Below, in pieces: positions 22,640-33,535 of a stretch of 64,000 nucleotides of DNA; the stretch's first letter is position 1, and the number at the start of each line of letters is the position of its first letter. Position numbers and translations under genes: made by a program. Origin of the DNA: an uncultured Planctomycetaceae bacterium (GTDB taxonomy: Bacteria > Planctomycetota > Planctomycetia > Planctomycetales > Planctomycetaceae); assembly GCA_963813715.1 (NCBI GenBank), contig CAWFAK010000002.1, positions 64,001 to 128,000 of the forward strand, given 5' to 3'. The notes beneath the pieces are model-generated. The model worked only from the letters and a program-made list of their open reading frames with translations, was not told where the DNA came from and made no database searches.

Positions 22640-25397
22640 TCAGTTCCGTGACGCCTTCGCGTTGGGCTCCGTCGCCACGCGGGTGGGGTCGGCTTCGGCG
22701 CTCATCACGCGGCCGAAGGTGAAGTGGGAGCCCATCGGCAGCGTCTGGATCTCCTCTTTATCCGCGACCGTGCGGCGGAGCGTGACTGGGTACGGGACGG
22801 GGAAATCGCTCGATTCGTTGGGCTTGAGCGTGAACGGTCCGCCCCACGGGCTTTGCGGGCCGCGGACTTCGTAGGTGATTGGCTCGGACGTTCCGTTCGT
22901 GATGCGGGTCCGCGCGGGCAAATACGAGAGCGAGATGAACGGGCCGATCGTCTCGATCTCGGACACCCGCAGATTCGAAGTGCCGATCAGGCGGTCCTTC
23001 ATCGCGACTTCGTCGACCAAGTCGAGCTTGCCGGCCGCCTCCCAGGCGGTCCGCAACAGCTCGGCGATTGCCTCCGGATGCAGCGTTGAATCGGTGGCCG
23101 CATAGCCGGCAGCGAAATGTCCCTTCACGTCGATCTGTTCGGGAGACGTTTTCTTGAGCCGGAACGTCCGCTCGGTGAAGGCCGGCTCGCGGACGGTGAG
23201 CTTGAACTCCTGCACGGCGCGGAGATCGAACTCGGCCGCCGGTTGCCACTTGGCCTGCGACGGGGATGTTTTGATTTCGATGGACACCACCAGGTGCGGC
23301 AGCCCGAGCTGCACGAGACACTTGGGGACGGCGTTGGCCGCGTTAGTATCGGCCGATTTGGTATTGGCCGAGTTCGCGTCGGCCGACGATTCGCCAATAC
23401 CCCGGGCGGTCACGGGGACGGTGGACTCGATGGCGTTACAGAGAATGGGCTCGACCGCGAGGAACCGCGTGCGGATCTGGAGGTTGTTGCCGTATCGCAA
23501 GAGGTCGGGCACCGCCTTGGCGATCTGGTCGATCTCGCCGAACGCCCCAAATTCCTTGATCGACATATCGTTGGCGTTCATCACCGCCGCGCCCGAGTCG
23601 ACGATGGTTCCCGTCAGTCCTTCCGCCATCGCCCCGGAGAATCCCAGGGTGAAGCCGCGGCTGACGTTTAAGTTCTCGAGCTTCACGGCCGGGCGCTCGA
23701 CTCGGCGAACTGGACGCGACGTGGGATTGAAGCCGGGCTGCGCGAAGACGGCCCCCAGGATCATGCCCACGCCGCCCTGGTTGACGTTCAGGGAATCGAC
23801 CCACAGGCGGTATCGCGGCTGCAGCGCCGGCATCGGCCAGCCGCCGATCTCGCGGGTCGACGTCAGCGACTTGTCGAGTTCTTGTTCCAGCCGCTGGACG
23901 AGGCCGGGCACGGCGTCGACGACTTTCTGTTCGATTTCGGTCTTACGCTCGTAGGCCCCCTGCACCAGCTTGGACGACACGGTATTGGCGATGCGGTTGC
24001 GGATCAGCGGCGTGCCGACCGCGACGCCCACCTGCGGCGTGGTCACGTAATAGTTGTCGTTGGGGATGTCGAACTGGCGTCGGCCGATTTCAAATGTCAC
24101 TCGCTTATCGACGACGGTCGGCCGCACATCGAAGATCAGCCAGACGGGCCGCACCTGCCCGACGACGATATCCATCGGGCCGGCGCTCGCGGCGATCATC
24201 CGGCTACGCACGGTGGTCGAACCGATTTCCGCGATCAGGTTTCGCAGACCCAGGTTGATCGTCACCCAGCCGTTGTCTTTGGTCGAAACGACGACTCGTT
24301 CGAGCGTGCCGCGATAGTTGATGCCGGCCAGCGTAATGCGGAAGCGGCTGACGACCCCCTGGCGGCTCTGATAGATATCGGGCGCAGTCGCCGAGAGGGC
24401 GTCGGCCGGCACCAGGTCCGGCAGCGCGTAGCAGAGCGTTTCGATCGCCTGTGGATCGAGGTGGACATAGACCGCCTGCGGAATCTCGACGCCCGGCACG
24501 AACGGCTGCTGGAAGTCGTGCTGCATCTGCGGCTTCTTGAGCGGCCGCCGGACGCTTTGCAGCACGCTTTCCGGCTTCGGCTCCGTTTGCGGGTTGAGCA
24601 TCCATTCGTAGACCGCGTCGTTATTGAAGACGATGTTCAGGATGTTGTGCCGCACCTCTGGCAGCAGCGTGAAGTAGGCGCGGCCGCCCGCGTCGCGGAC
24701 CGCTTCGATCATCCGCTTTTGCTCGGCCGGCTTGACCTCGAGGTCCTTGCTGCCGTGAAACGCCCAGACGGGGACGTTCTTGAGGTTGCGGGCCTTCGAC
24801 ACATCACCGAGCCCGGCCACCGGCACGATCGCCGACCAGCGCGACGGCGTGGCGGCGGCGATGTTCCAGGTGCCGAAACCGCCCATCGACGCCCCGGCCA
24901 GAATTTCGTGCTGGCGGTCGACGTTGAACTCTTTTTCGACCTCGTCAAGGATCGCCAGCGCTCGCTTGGCGTCGGGTCCGTCGGTCCGCCAGCCGACAGC
25001 CGCCCGCCCTTCCACGTCTTCGCACTGCGGGAAGACGACGAGCATGGGGAGCGTCTCGGCGCGGGCTTCGATCTGCGGACCGATGCCGCCGATCAGGGGC
25101 AGCCGTGCCGTCCGTCCCGCGGGAGCCGGCTCCGTGCAGGTAGAGCAGCACGGGCCATTTCTGGTCCGCCCGGTAGGCGGCCGGAACGAAAACGGTGTAT
25201 TTATGCTCGCCGGCGTCGTCGCGGTAGATCCGCCGGAGAAAGCCGGTTTTCGGTGCTCCGGCCGGCTGCGTCTGCCCGTCGGCGGCGCTCGCCAGGCTGA
25301 CGGCGACGACGGCTGCGTACAGTGCCGCAAACGAGGTCACCGGCACTGTCAATCGACGAAACGATCCCCAAACGCTCGTGCGCGTCAGCATCGACAT
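22640..25397 (-). CDS. Secreted alpha/beta-hydrolase (phospholipase/carboxylesterase-like) fused to a long beta-rich C-terminal region (frameshift near 25105)
   Basis: Signal peptide and KWPVLLYLHGAGSRGTDG in ORF 24945..25397, then VVFPQC, GASMGG (GxSxG), WAFHGSKD and EVRHN in ORF 22640..25330. Confidence 0.85.
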
Positions 25398-25786
25398 CAG
25401 CCCCTCGTCTCAAAAATTTTCGGCCGCCCCTCGTGCGAGAGAGGGCTGCGCGCCGGCCGTGCATCCTTGCGTGGCTGATTCGATTCCGTCGAAACGGTCG
25501 CGTCTCTTGTATCGGCGGGCTGGCAGACTCGACTGTCCGAGCCGGAACAGCACGCATCGTGAAACCCCGAGGTTTCTTCGGGCGAGGCGGCACAATTGAA
25601 GCGGCCGTTGCGTCGTGGACTTCACGCGCGAGCGGCGCCCGAGGCACGCGCACGACAGGTCGCAAAGTTTCCGATCACCGCGCGACCCGCTGTGCCGAAA
25701 CATCTGGCACGGCTCTTCGCGCGCCAAGCGAGATGCGGCGGCGGGCAGAGTGGGCGAATCGCCGGAAATTCGACTACGATCGGGAG

Positions 25787-26737
25787 ATGGCCCTGAAGGA
25801 ATTGCAATGCACCGTCAACGCGCGGCAAACCGGGCGGATCGATCGGGTTGTGCAGGCGCTCACCGGTCGGTCGCGAGGCGACGTCCGCGGGCTCTTCGAT
25901 CAAGGCCTGGTGCGACTTGACGGCGAGATCTGTCCCCACGCGGGCGCACTGGTGGCTGAGGGGAATGTCGTGAACGTCCGGCAGGATCCGCGCATTCACT
26001 ATCGCTCCAAACCACGCCAACGGGCGGCGTCGGGTACGAACGCGGCGACCGGGCCGTTCCGGCTGGTGTTCGAGGACCGCGACTTGATCGTGGTCGATAA
26101 GGCCGCGGCGGTGCTCACCGTGCCGACCGATCGCGGTGAAACCAATACGCTCCTGAACGCCCTGACCCGTTCACTCGAACGGCGGGGCCAGCGCGGACGG
26201 GTGACCGTCGTGCACCGGCTCGATCGCGGGACCTCGGGCTTGTTGGTGTTCGGCAAGAATCCGCTCGTCGGCCGCGAACTCCAGGCGCAATTTCGCGTCC
26301 GGAAAGCCGAACGAGAATATGCGGCCCTCGTCGCCGGTCGGATCGAGCGATCGGCCGGCACGTTCGACAGCCGCTTGGGAACCAGTCGCAGCCTGCAGCG
26401 GTACTCAGTCCGCGAGGATCGCGACGGTGAACGGGCTGTTACCCATTACCGCGTCGAACGGCAGTTTGCCGACGCGACTCTTGTTCGCGTGACGCTCGAG
26501 ACCGGCCGGCGGAACCAAATTCGGGTCCATTTCGCCGAGGCCGGCCACCCCGTGCTCGGCGACGGACGCTACGGCGTCGAGGCGGCGCGTCATCCGGGCT
26601 GGCGCTATAAGCGGTTGGCGCTCCACGCGACGAAGCTCGGCTTCGATCATCCGCACACGCACGAAGGGTTGCGATTCGAGTCACCCCTGCCGCCTGAGTT
26701 CGAATCGTTCATCGCCCGACAACGCCGGAGCGACTGA
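25787..26737 (+). CDS. RluA/RluD family pseudouridine synthase with S4 domain
   Basis: RIDRVV..SR, FEDRDLIVVDKAAAVLTVP, VHRLDRGTSGLLVF, LETGRRNQIRVHF..GHPVLGDGRYG, ALHATKLGF. Confidence 0.93.
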   Translation: MALKELQCTVNARQTGRIDRVVQALTGRSRGDVRGLFDQGLVRLDGEICPHAGALVAEGNVVNVRQDPRIHYRSKPRQRAASGTNAATGPFRLVFEDRDLIVVDKAAAVLTVPTDRGETNTLLNALTRSLERRGQRGRVTVVHRLDRGTSGLLVFGKNPLVGRELQAQFRVRKAEREYAALVAGRIERSAGTFDSRLGTSRSLQRYSVREDRDGERAVTHYRVERQFADATLVRVTLETGRRNQIRVHFAEAGHPVLGDGRYGVEAARHPGWRYKRLALHATKLGFDHPHTHEGLRFESPLPPEFESFIARQRRSD

Positions 26738-26770
26738 GTTCGACGCGAGCCAACACGTCGATGCGAAGAA

Positions 26771-26830
26771 CCCTCGTTGACGCTTCGGGTTGGTGTCTTC
26801 GCCTTTACTAACTCGAAGCGTGAGCGAGGG
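26771..26830. repeat. REP/BIME-like inverted repeat pair (copy 1)
   Basis: CCCTCGTTGACGCTTCGGGTTGGT-N12-ACTAACTCGAAGCGTGAGCGAGGG between convergent genes. Confidence 0.85.
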
Positions 26831-26864
26831 CTCTTCCTGGCGAATTGCCCGACAGCCGCACCCA

Positions 26865-27253
26865 CTAGTGCCACAGGCCGAGGATGGCGGCGAAGATCAA
26901 GAATCGCACGACATGATAGCTCGAGTCGATGAGCCAATGCCGCCACGGGCGATTCTCGAACGTGTCGTTGACGCCGAAGCTCGCCGCCACCAAACAGACG
27001 CCCACGATGAGGCCTTGCCGCATGGCAAAGCCGGGATCGGGAGCCGCGCCCAACAGCAAGGCGAATCCGGACGCGGCCACGAGCTGCAGCACAAACAGCA
27101 GAAGGAACATCTGCGGCGTCGGCGTGGGGGGCTTTTGAATTTGCGCGGCCCGAATCCAGACGTGCAAAAAACCCCAGGGCGAATACCAAAGCAGGCCCAG
27201 GGCGTAGCCGGCGAGTGCCGCCACGATGCTGCCTCCCAGTTGATGCCAGACAT
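26865..27253 (-). CDS. DUF1761 family membrane protein (frameshift near the start)
   Basis: MSGINWEAA + AALAGYALGLLWYSPWGF..W, C-terminal NDTFENRPWRHWLIDSSYHVV; four hydrophobic helices. Confidence 0.8.
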
Positions 27254-27281
27254 GCTGCTTCCTTACTCGAGTTGCGATCGA

Positions 27282-28041
27282 TCAGGATTTGCGGCCGATA
27301 TGGCGTGCCGCAAAATCGGCGACGGACTGCAGAGTTTCCGCAGCGCACCACATTTCGACAAGCGCACTCCCCTCGGCGGCCGTCAATTGCCGGGCCGAGT
27401 CGCACAGGGGCTTGCGCAGCGCGCGTTTCGTGGCGGCGTAAACGGCGCTCGGAATGGCGGCCAGTTCGCTGGCCACGTCGCAGGCCCGTTCGATGAGGCG
27501 GTCGGCATCGACCAGCTCGTCGACCAGGCCGCGAGTCGAGCGCCTCCTCGGGCGGCCAGGTGCGGCCGCTGAGAATCAGCGTCGCCAAGTGTTCCGGCGG
27601 AGTGGCGAACCGCGCGATCTCGAGCGCCCACGAGGGGAACTCGACGCCGACGCGAATCTCCGTGAGGCCGACGCGGGCCTTACCACGGGCGAGGATCCGC
27701 TGATCGCAGGCCAACATGATGATCGCGCCGCCGGCGATCGCGTGTCCGTTCACCGCGGCCACCAGCGGTTTGGAGAACGTCGCCAGTCGCTCGAATCCGG
27801 CCACCATCCGCGGGACGAAGCGGCGGACATAATCGGGGCCGCCACCTACCAGCGCAGGCAGATCGACGCCCGCTCCGAACACGGCTCCATGTCCCGTCAG
27901 CACGACCGCCTTCGTCGGACCGCGCTCGAGAGATTGCAAGCATTCGTCGAGCGCCTGGGTGAATTCGAGATTGAGCGCGTTCCCTTTGCCAGCGACCATT
28001 CGCAAGAGGGTGACGACGCCTCGCTCTTCCAGCTCGATCAT
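27282..28041 (-). CDS. Enoyl-CoA hydratase/isomerase family protein (frameshift near 27540)
   Basis: KGNALN, VVLTGHGAVFGAGVDL, KPLVAAVNGHAIAGG, VGLTEIRVG; C-terminus in ORF 27282..27476. Confidence 0.9.
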
Positions 28042-28583
28042 GGTGTCTCTCCCGCAACGGATCGGTCGTGCGGCGCATCATAGCGGATCCCCTCGGCGCT
28101 TGGTCGTATTCGCAAACTGGCCGTCCGTATCTGCAAACCAGGCCGACGTTATGCGGAACGGGCTCGAAATTTGCGGCTCCCGGGCAGGCTCGGAGCGAGG
28201 CGCGGGATTCGTGCGAATAACGGCAAGAACGGGTTGCTGAACTGGGATCCGGCCGAATTGTGTGGTTCGGCTGGCGCCGAAGTGGGCCGAAAATGACCCG
28301 GGAAATCGCTGAGATCCTGCCCGGATTATCGGCTCTTAAGCTTAACGTAAGGTGTTGCAACATTTCAGTCTCGCTCTGGTTGCGGCTGTCTCGCGATTTG
28401 GGCATAGTGAGCGCAGCCGCAGACCGTCGGTGCGCCAACGCGGGCCGTGGCCAACGCGGGTTGGCCGCTGTCGACCGAACGGTTGGTCCCGCGCCTTTTG
28501 TATTCAACATCGTGTATCAGCCCAGTCGGGTTTTCGATCCGCCGCGACGGCGGAGCTTCCAAACAGCAGTCAGGAGAAACGTC

Positions 28584-29333
28584 ATGCTGAGAAAGAGTTT
28601 GGTTCCGTGCGTGGCGATTGCCGCCCTCGCTTTGATGGTTGACGTCCAGGTTGCCAACGCGCAAGGGCGCCGCGGTGGTGGCGGTGGCATGATGCGCGGC
28701 CCGCAAGGCGTCAACGACATTTACGTTGCCAGCCAAGCCGCCGCCCAAAAAGAAGTCAACATTAAGCCCGACCAGAAAGAAAAGATCGACGATCTGTCGA
28801 AGGACGTCCGCGAAGAAGTGATGCAGGCCATGCAGGCCTCCGGCGTCAGCTTCCAGGGCTTGCAGGATCTCTCGCCTGAAGAGCGTCAGAAGAAGATGGC
28901 TGAGATGGGCGCCAAGATGGCCGAGGTCTCGAAGACGGTCAACGAAAAGTTTGCTCCGAAGCTGGCCGAGATCCTCGACAAGACGCAGGCCAAGCGGATT
29001 CACGAAATCGCCATTCAGCTGGCCGGAGCGCCAGGCCCTGCTCGACGCCGGCGTCCAGAAAGATCTGAACGTGACGGCCGACCAGAAGGAAAAGCTCACG
29101 TCGATCAACAAGGACTTCCAGAAGCAGCTTGCGGAAGTGCCTCGCGCCGAGCGCAGACGAAGATGCACGAGCTCAATGAAGAGCAGCTGGCCAAGTCGAC
29201 CGAACTTCTGACCAAGGACCAGCAGGCGCAGTTCGCGTCGCTGAAGGGCAAGGCGTTCGACACGAAGTTGCTGCGGCCGCAAGGCGGCGGACGTCGCACG
29301 CGCGCGAACGCGGGCGGTGGCAACGGCCAGTAA
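28584..29333 (+). CDS. Secreted helical hypothetical protein with LTxxQ-like (Spy/CpxP-like) repeats (two compensating frameshifts at ~29030 and ~29150)
   Basis: AGGAG RBS, signal peptide ending ANA-QG, KEVNIKPDQKEKI / DLNVTADQKEKL / LLTKDQQAQF..LKGKAF repeats. Confidence 0.75.
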   Translation: MLRKSLVPCVAIAALALMVDVQVANAQGRRGGGGGMMRGPQGVNDIYVASQAAAQKEVNIKPDQKEKIDDLSKDVREEVMQAMQASGVSFQGLQDLSPEERQKKMAEMGAKMAEVSKTVNEKFAPKLAEILDKTQAKRIHEIAIQLAGAPGPARRRRPERSERDGRPEGKAHVDQQGLPEAACGSASRRAQTKMHELNEEQLAKSTELLTKDQQAQFASLKGKAFDTKLLRPQGGGRRTRANAGGGNGQ

Positions 29334-29342
29334 TTGATCCTC

Positions 29343-29393
29343 AGCGCAGCCCTCCGGGCTGCGCAGTTGACCAGCGTAGCCTCCCGGCTGCGC
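29343..29393 (+). terminator. Tandem GC-rich hairpins downstream of the 28584-29333 gene (terminator-like or REP-like)
   Basis: GCGCAGCCCTCCGGGCTGCGC followed by GCGTAGCCTCCCGGCTGCGC. No clear U-tract. Confidence 0.45.
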
Positions 29394-29443
29394 CAGTCTG
29401 TACAGAACGCACGGCGCGCGGGAATTCAGCGGCGACAAGGCCG

Positions 29444-29472
29444 TTGAATCCCGCGCGCCGTGCTGTTATAAC
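29444..29472 (+). promoter_or_regulatory. Sigma70-type promoter for the DUF3467 gene pair
   Basis: TTGAAT (29444-29449), 17 bp spacer, TATAAC (29467-29472), with extended -10 TG at 29464-29465. Confidence 0.65.
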
Positions 29473-29548
29473 CGCGCAGTTGCGCCGTGCAGGGCCTGAT
29501 GACGAACTCGGAAAACCGCGACCTCCGTTTTACATTCGGGAATCAGTC

Positions 29549-29893
29549 ATGGCGAAGGACGATGTTAAACCTCCGATCACACCAGCCGCACCAGCCGCCG
29601 GAGACACGCCTCCCCAGACGATGGTGCACGTCGACGATTCGTCCTGCGTGGCCGGCTACGCGAATTTCTGCCGCGTTTCGAGCACGGCCGAGGAGCTGAT
29701 TCTCGACCTGGGGCTCAATCCGCACCCCTATGCCACAGGGGAAGCCACGGTCAGAGTCTCGCAGCGGATCATCATGAATCACTTCACGGCCAAGCGGTTG
29801 CTGGGAGCGCTGGCCGCGGCGCTGCAGCGCCACGAAAACGCGTTCGGCACGGTCGAGACCGACGTTCGCAAGCGCGTCCGCTCGACCCCGTAA
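29549..29893 (+). CDS. DUF3467 domain protein (single domain)
   Basis: YANFCRVSSTAEELILDLG...RIIMNHFTAKRLLGAL...HENAFG. Confidence 0.85.
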   Translation: MAKDDVKPPITPAAPAAGDTPPQTMVHVDDSSCVAGYANFCRVSSTAEELILDLGLNPHPYATGEATVRVSQRIIMNHFTAKRLLGALAAALQRHENAFGTVETDVRKRVRSTP

Positions 29894-29962
29894 GCACCCG
29901 ACCGGGGGCGCGGCGCATCACGATCGCGGCCCCGCCCGAACCCTACCAGCGAAGCTGCCGCG

Positions 29963-30637
29963 ATGCCTGACCACGGACCTCCGGACAATCCCGCGATGGG
30001 CCCGCATGCGCCCGGCGACGAGGGGCCCTTCTGCGAGGAGATTCAACACGCGCAGATCAGCGCCGTAGTGCCCGAACGGGTCGCCCGCGGCGTCTTCAGC
30101 ACAGGCGCGGTGGTCGTCCAGGGGCCGCACGAATTCATTCTCGATTTTTTGCTCCGCATGTCTCAGCCGCAGCAGGTGGCCGCCCGCGTCGTGCTGCCGC
30201 CGGGCGTGGTGATGCAATTCATCGCGGCTTTGTCTGAGAATTTGAAGAACTACGAATCGAAATACAGCATGCCGCTGGTGCCCGCGCCGCAAACGGCTCC
30301 GGGAGCCGGGGCCGGCGGACATGTTTCCGCGCAGGAACTCTACGAGCAGCTCAAGCTGCAGGATGACGTCCTGTCAGGCAGCTACGCCAACGCGGTGATG
30401 ATCGGCCACACGCCGAGCGAGTTTTGCTTCGACTTCATCACCACGTTCTATCCGCGGTCGGCCGTTTCGTGCCGCGTGTTCATGGCGGCCCCGGGTGTGC
30501 CGCGGCTGCTCGAGTCGCTCAAGCACTCGTTCGACAAGTTCCAGCAAAAATCGGCGCAGCACGCGAACCCGCAGACGCCGCCCCCGCCCCCTGCTCCGCC
30601 GACTCAGCCTCCTCCCGAGGGACCCCGCGAGTCGTGA
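29963..30637 (+). CDS. DUF3467 domain protein (two tandem domains)
   Basis: GVFSTGAVV..GPHEFILDF...ARVVLPP..YESKY and GSYANAVMIGHTPSEFCFDF...CRVFM; Pro-rich tail. Confidence 0.85.
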   Translation: MPDHGPPDNPAMGPHAPGDEGPFCEEIQHAQISAVVPERVARGVFSTGAVVVQGPHEFILDFLLRMSQPQQVAARVVLPPGVVMQFIAALSENLKNYESKYSMPLVPAPQTAPGAGAGGHVSAQELYEQLKLQDDVLSGSYANAVMIGHTPSEFCFDFITTFYPRSAVSCRVFMAAPGVPRLLESLKHSFDKFQQKSAQHANPQTPPPPPAPPTQPPPEGPRES

Positions 30638-30673
30638 ATCGGCGGGATCTGGCTCGACTGATTTCGATTACGT

Positions 30674-30732
30674 CCCTCGCTGAGGCTTCCGGTTAGTGTG
30701 CGCGAGTCACCAACCCGAAGCGTCGGCGAGGG
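30674..30732. repeat. REP/BIME-like inverted repeat pair (copy 2)
   Basis: CCCTCGCTGAGGCTTCCGGTTAGT-N11-ACCAACCCGAAGCGTCGGCGAGGG between convergent genes. Confidence 0.85.
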
Positions 30733-30785
30733 CTCTTTGATTGCATCAAGCTCCCGAACGGACTGAAGAGCCGGGGCGAGCCAGG

Positions 30786-31937
30786 CTAGCGGCGGGCCAG
30801 CTTCTTCAGCACTTCGACGCCCCGTTCAAGCGTGCGACGCTCGGCCGAATACGATAGGCGGAAGTGCGTGTCGCGGTCGCTGAAAACGTTACCGGGGATG
30901 ATCAGCAGATTGTCGCTTGATCGCCTCGGCGACGAATTCGCTCGCCGTTCCCCAAGGTGCCTTGGCGAAGAGGTAGAACGCGCCGCCGGCCGGCGCGAAC
31001 TCGTACAACCCGGACAGCTCCGCCACCATAAAGTCGCGGTTGCGGCGGTATTCGGCGACGCGCTCGGAGACGTCGACGTCGCAAGCCGTGAGCCCCGCCC
31101 ACTGGACTGGCTGTGGCGCGCAGACGTAGGTGAACTGCTGCAGCTTGATCATCTGCTGGATGACCTCGGCCGGGCCGTGCGGCGTAGCCCAGCCGCAGCC
31201 CGGTCATCGAGTGCGATTTGCTGAAGCCGTCGATGACGATCGTCCGCTCGTTAAACCGGGCCGGGCTGATGAACGGCCCGTCGTAGACAAACGTGCGATA
31301 GATCTCGTCGCTGATCAGGGCCACGTTGCGCTCGGCGGCCAACTCGGCCAGCCCCCGCAGGTCGGCTTGTCGAGAGCACGGTCCCGGTCGGATTGGCCGG
31401 GCTGTTGCAGAGGATGACTTTGGTGCGATCGGTGAGCGCCGCGCGAACCTTGTTGAGGTCGACGCGGAAATCAGGATACGTGTCGACGGCGACCGGCGTG
31501 CCGCCGACGAGCGTCGTGAGGTGCTTGTAGACGACGAAATACGGATCGAAGAACAGCACCTCGTCGCCGGGATTGATCAGCACCGACAGGGCCAGCATCA
31601 AGCCGCCGCTCGTGCCGCTGGTGACGAACAACGAGCGGTCGGCATGCTGGTATTCGGCGTCGACCCGCTCCTGCAGCTTGCGCACGAGCGGGGCAATGCC
31701 CTGCGTGGGGCTGTAGGCATTACGCCCCTCGTCGATGGCCTTCTTGAGCGCGTCTTTGACCGGTCGCGGCGTGTCGAAATGAGGCTGCCCGATGCTCAGA
31801 TTGATCGGGTCCTTCATCGTCGCCGCCAGATCGAACACCTTGCGGATGCCGGAAACGTCGATCCGCTGCATCCGCTCGGCGATCCAGGCGCGCTTCCCGT
31901 CCGCGCGAGAACGGGAACCGGTGTCGGACGCGGTCAT
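30786..31937 (-). CDS. PLP-dependent aminotransferase class I/II (frameshifts near 31370, 31185 and 30915)
   Basis: INLSIGQPHF, NSPANPTG, ISDEIY, DGFSKSHSMTGLRLGY, GGAFYLF, HFRLSY across frames. Confidence 0.9.
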
Positions 31938-32693
31938 TCCTTTTCCGCCATCAGCTTGGCCACGCTCGGCTCGATCGAGCTGGCCCAGATCTCGTAGCCG
32001 GCCGGGCTCAGGTGCAACAGATCGGGCATGATGTCCTTGGTCAGCGTGCCGTCTTCGTGCAGAAACTTCTTGCCGATGTCGAGGTAGAAGACGTGCTGGT
32101 TGTCGGCGAGCTTGGCGATCCGCTCGTTCGCGGCCTCGTTCACCTTTCGCAGCGGATTTTCGGAATTCGCGCCGCGGGGGAAGATGGCCAGCACGAGAAC
32201 CTTGGTCTCCGGCGTGGCCGACCGCAGCTTTTCGACGATCGCGGCGACGCCCGCGGCGATTTGCTGCGGCGTATTCGAGCCGCAGTTATTGGTGCCGATC
32301 ATCAGCACGGCCAGCTTGGGGTGAATGCCGTCGAGGTTGCCATGTTCGAGCCGCCAGAGCACGTGCTGCGTGCGATCGCCGCCGATGCCCAGGTTCACGG
32401 CGTGTCGCGTGCCGTAGTATCTTTGCCAAACAGTTTTGACCGCTTCCCTCCCAACCTTGAGTGATCGAGTCGCCGATCATGAGCAGTTGCGCGCCCCCCT
32501 TGGCGACATTGGCATTGATCTGTTCCTGCCGCTTCTGCCACCAGGGGTCGCTGCGCGGCACCGGCGTAACGGTTTCGTTTTCCGCAGCCCTCGGCCGTTT
32601 TTTGACGGCCGGAGCCTGGGCGAGCGCGACGGACGAGGCGAACAGGAAGAGCACACAGATTGAAAGGTGTCGGGGACGGCAAAGCTCGGACAT
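31934..32693 (-). CDS. Secreted SGNH/GDSL hydrolase (PAF-acetylhydrolase IB-like; frameshift near 32435)
   Basis: IGDSITQGW, NLGIGGDRTQHVLWR, MIGTNN, PDLLHL. Confidence 0.92.
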
Positions 32694-33085
32694 GTTCCAT
32701 TCCTCTGAGGCAGGGGAAATCAAACGGCGGGTAGAACGAGGTTGAGCCGCCAGTCTAGCCATCCGGCCAGACGCATTCCAGCAGCCGACGGCCCAGGCAC
32801 CAACCCACGGCACTGCGCCCGGTGGCTTGAATCTTTTTTGCCAAAACCGAGTCGAATCTCAGTGAAAGCTGAAGAGCGCCTGCGCGCGGTGACAAACTTT
32901 TAAGTTTTTTGAGTTATCGAAGACATTTGACAAAACCGATCGAATGAGTGAGGTCCGCGCCGCGAGGGACTTTTTCGGACACTGTTCGGCGTCCGCGTCG
33001 ATTGGGGTATCCACGGGAGTTGTGGATCCCCATTCGGACGAGTCGTCTGCGTCGGCCGCTCCTCTTTTCGAGAATCGGGTGACTT

Positions 33086-33535
33086 ATGTCGGGTTTAAGC
33101 ATCAGCTCGCTCAATCAGTACCTGTCGTCGCCTTACGCTCAGAACAGTTCGAGCACGCAATCCGATTTGCAGAACCTGGGCCAGGCACTGCAGTCGGGCA
33201 ACCTGACGGCCGCGCAAAGCGCGTTCGCCACGCTGCAGAAGGCCTATCAGACGCAGGGATCGCAATCGTCGAGCACGAGCGGGACCACGAGCCCTGTGTC
33301 GAGCGATCTGACGACCCTCGCCAACGCGCTCAACACCGGCAACTTGACCTCGGCGCAGGCCGCCTTCTCGCAGCTGCAGAAGGACCAGCAGTCCCAGAGC
33401 GGCGGCGGACATCACCACCATCACGGCGGCATGGGCGGCGCCGTTCAGTCGCTGATTTCGCAGCTGTCGAATTCGTCCTCGTCGTCGGGCAGCGGCACGT
33501 CGACAACGGGCCAAACGCTGAACGTCGAGGCCTAG
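33086..33535 (+). CDS. Ser/Gln/Gly-rich low-complexity protein with two helical repeats and a His5 tract
   Basis: 149 aa without Arg, Cys or Trp in a GC-rich genome; internal repeat LQSGNLTAAQSAF / LNTGNLTSAQAAF; GGGHHHHHGG. Confidence 0.85.
   Translation: MSGLSISSLNQYLSSPYAQNSSSTQSDLQNLGQALQSGNLTAAQSAFATLQKAYQTQGSQSSSTSGTTSPVSSDLTTLANALNTGNLTSAQAAFSQLQKDQQSQSGGGHHHHHGGMGGAVQSLISQLSNSSSSSGSGTSTTGQTLNVEA

Noticed and set aside
33095..33531. C-terminal extension of the GlmU-like ORF antisense to the Ser/Gln-rich gene
   Set aside because: It is Arg-rich shadow translation. A TAG at 33532-33534 in another frame suggests an indel near the true end.
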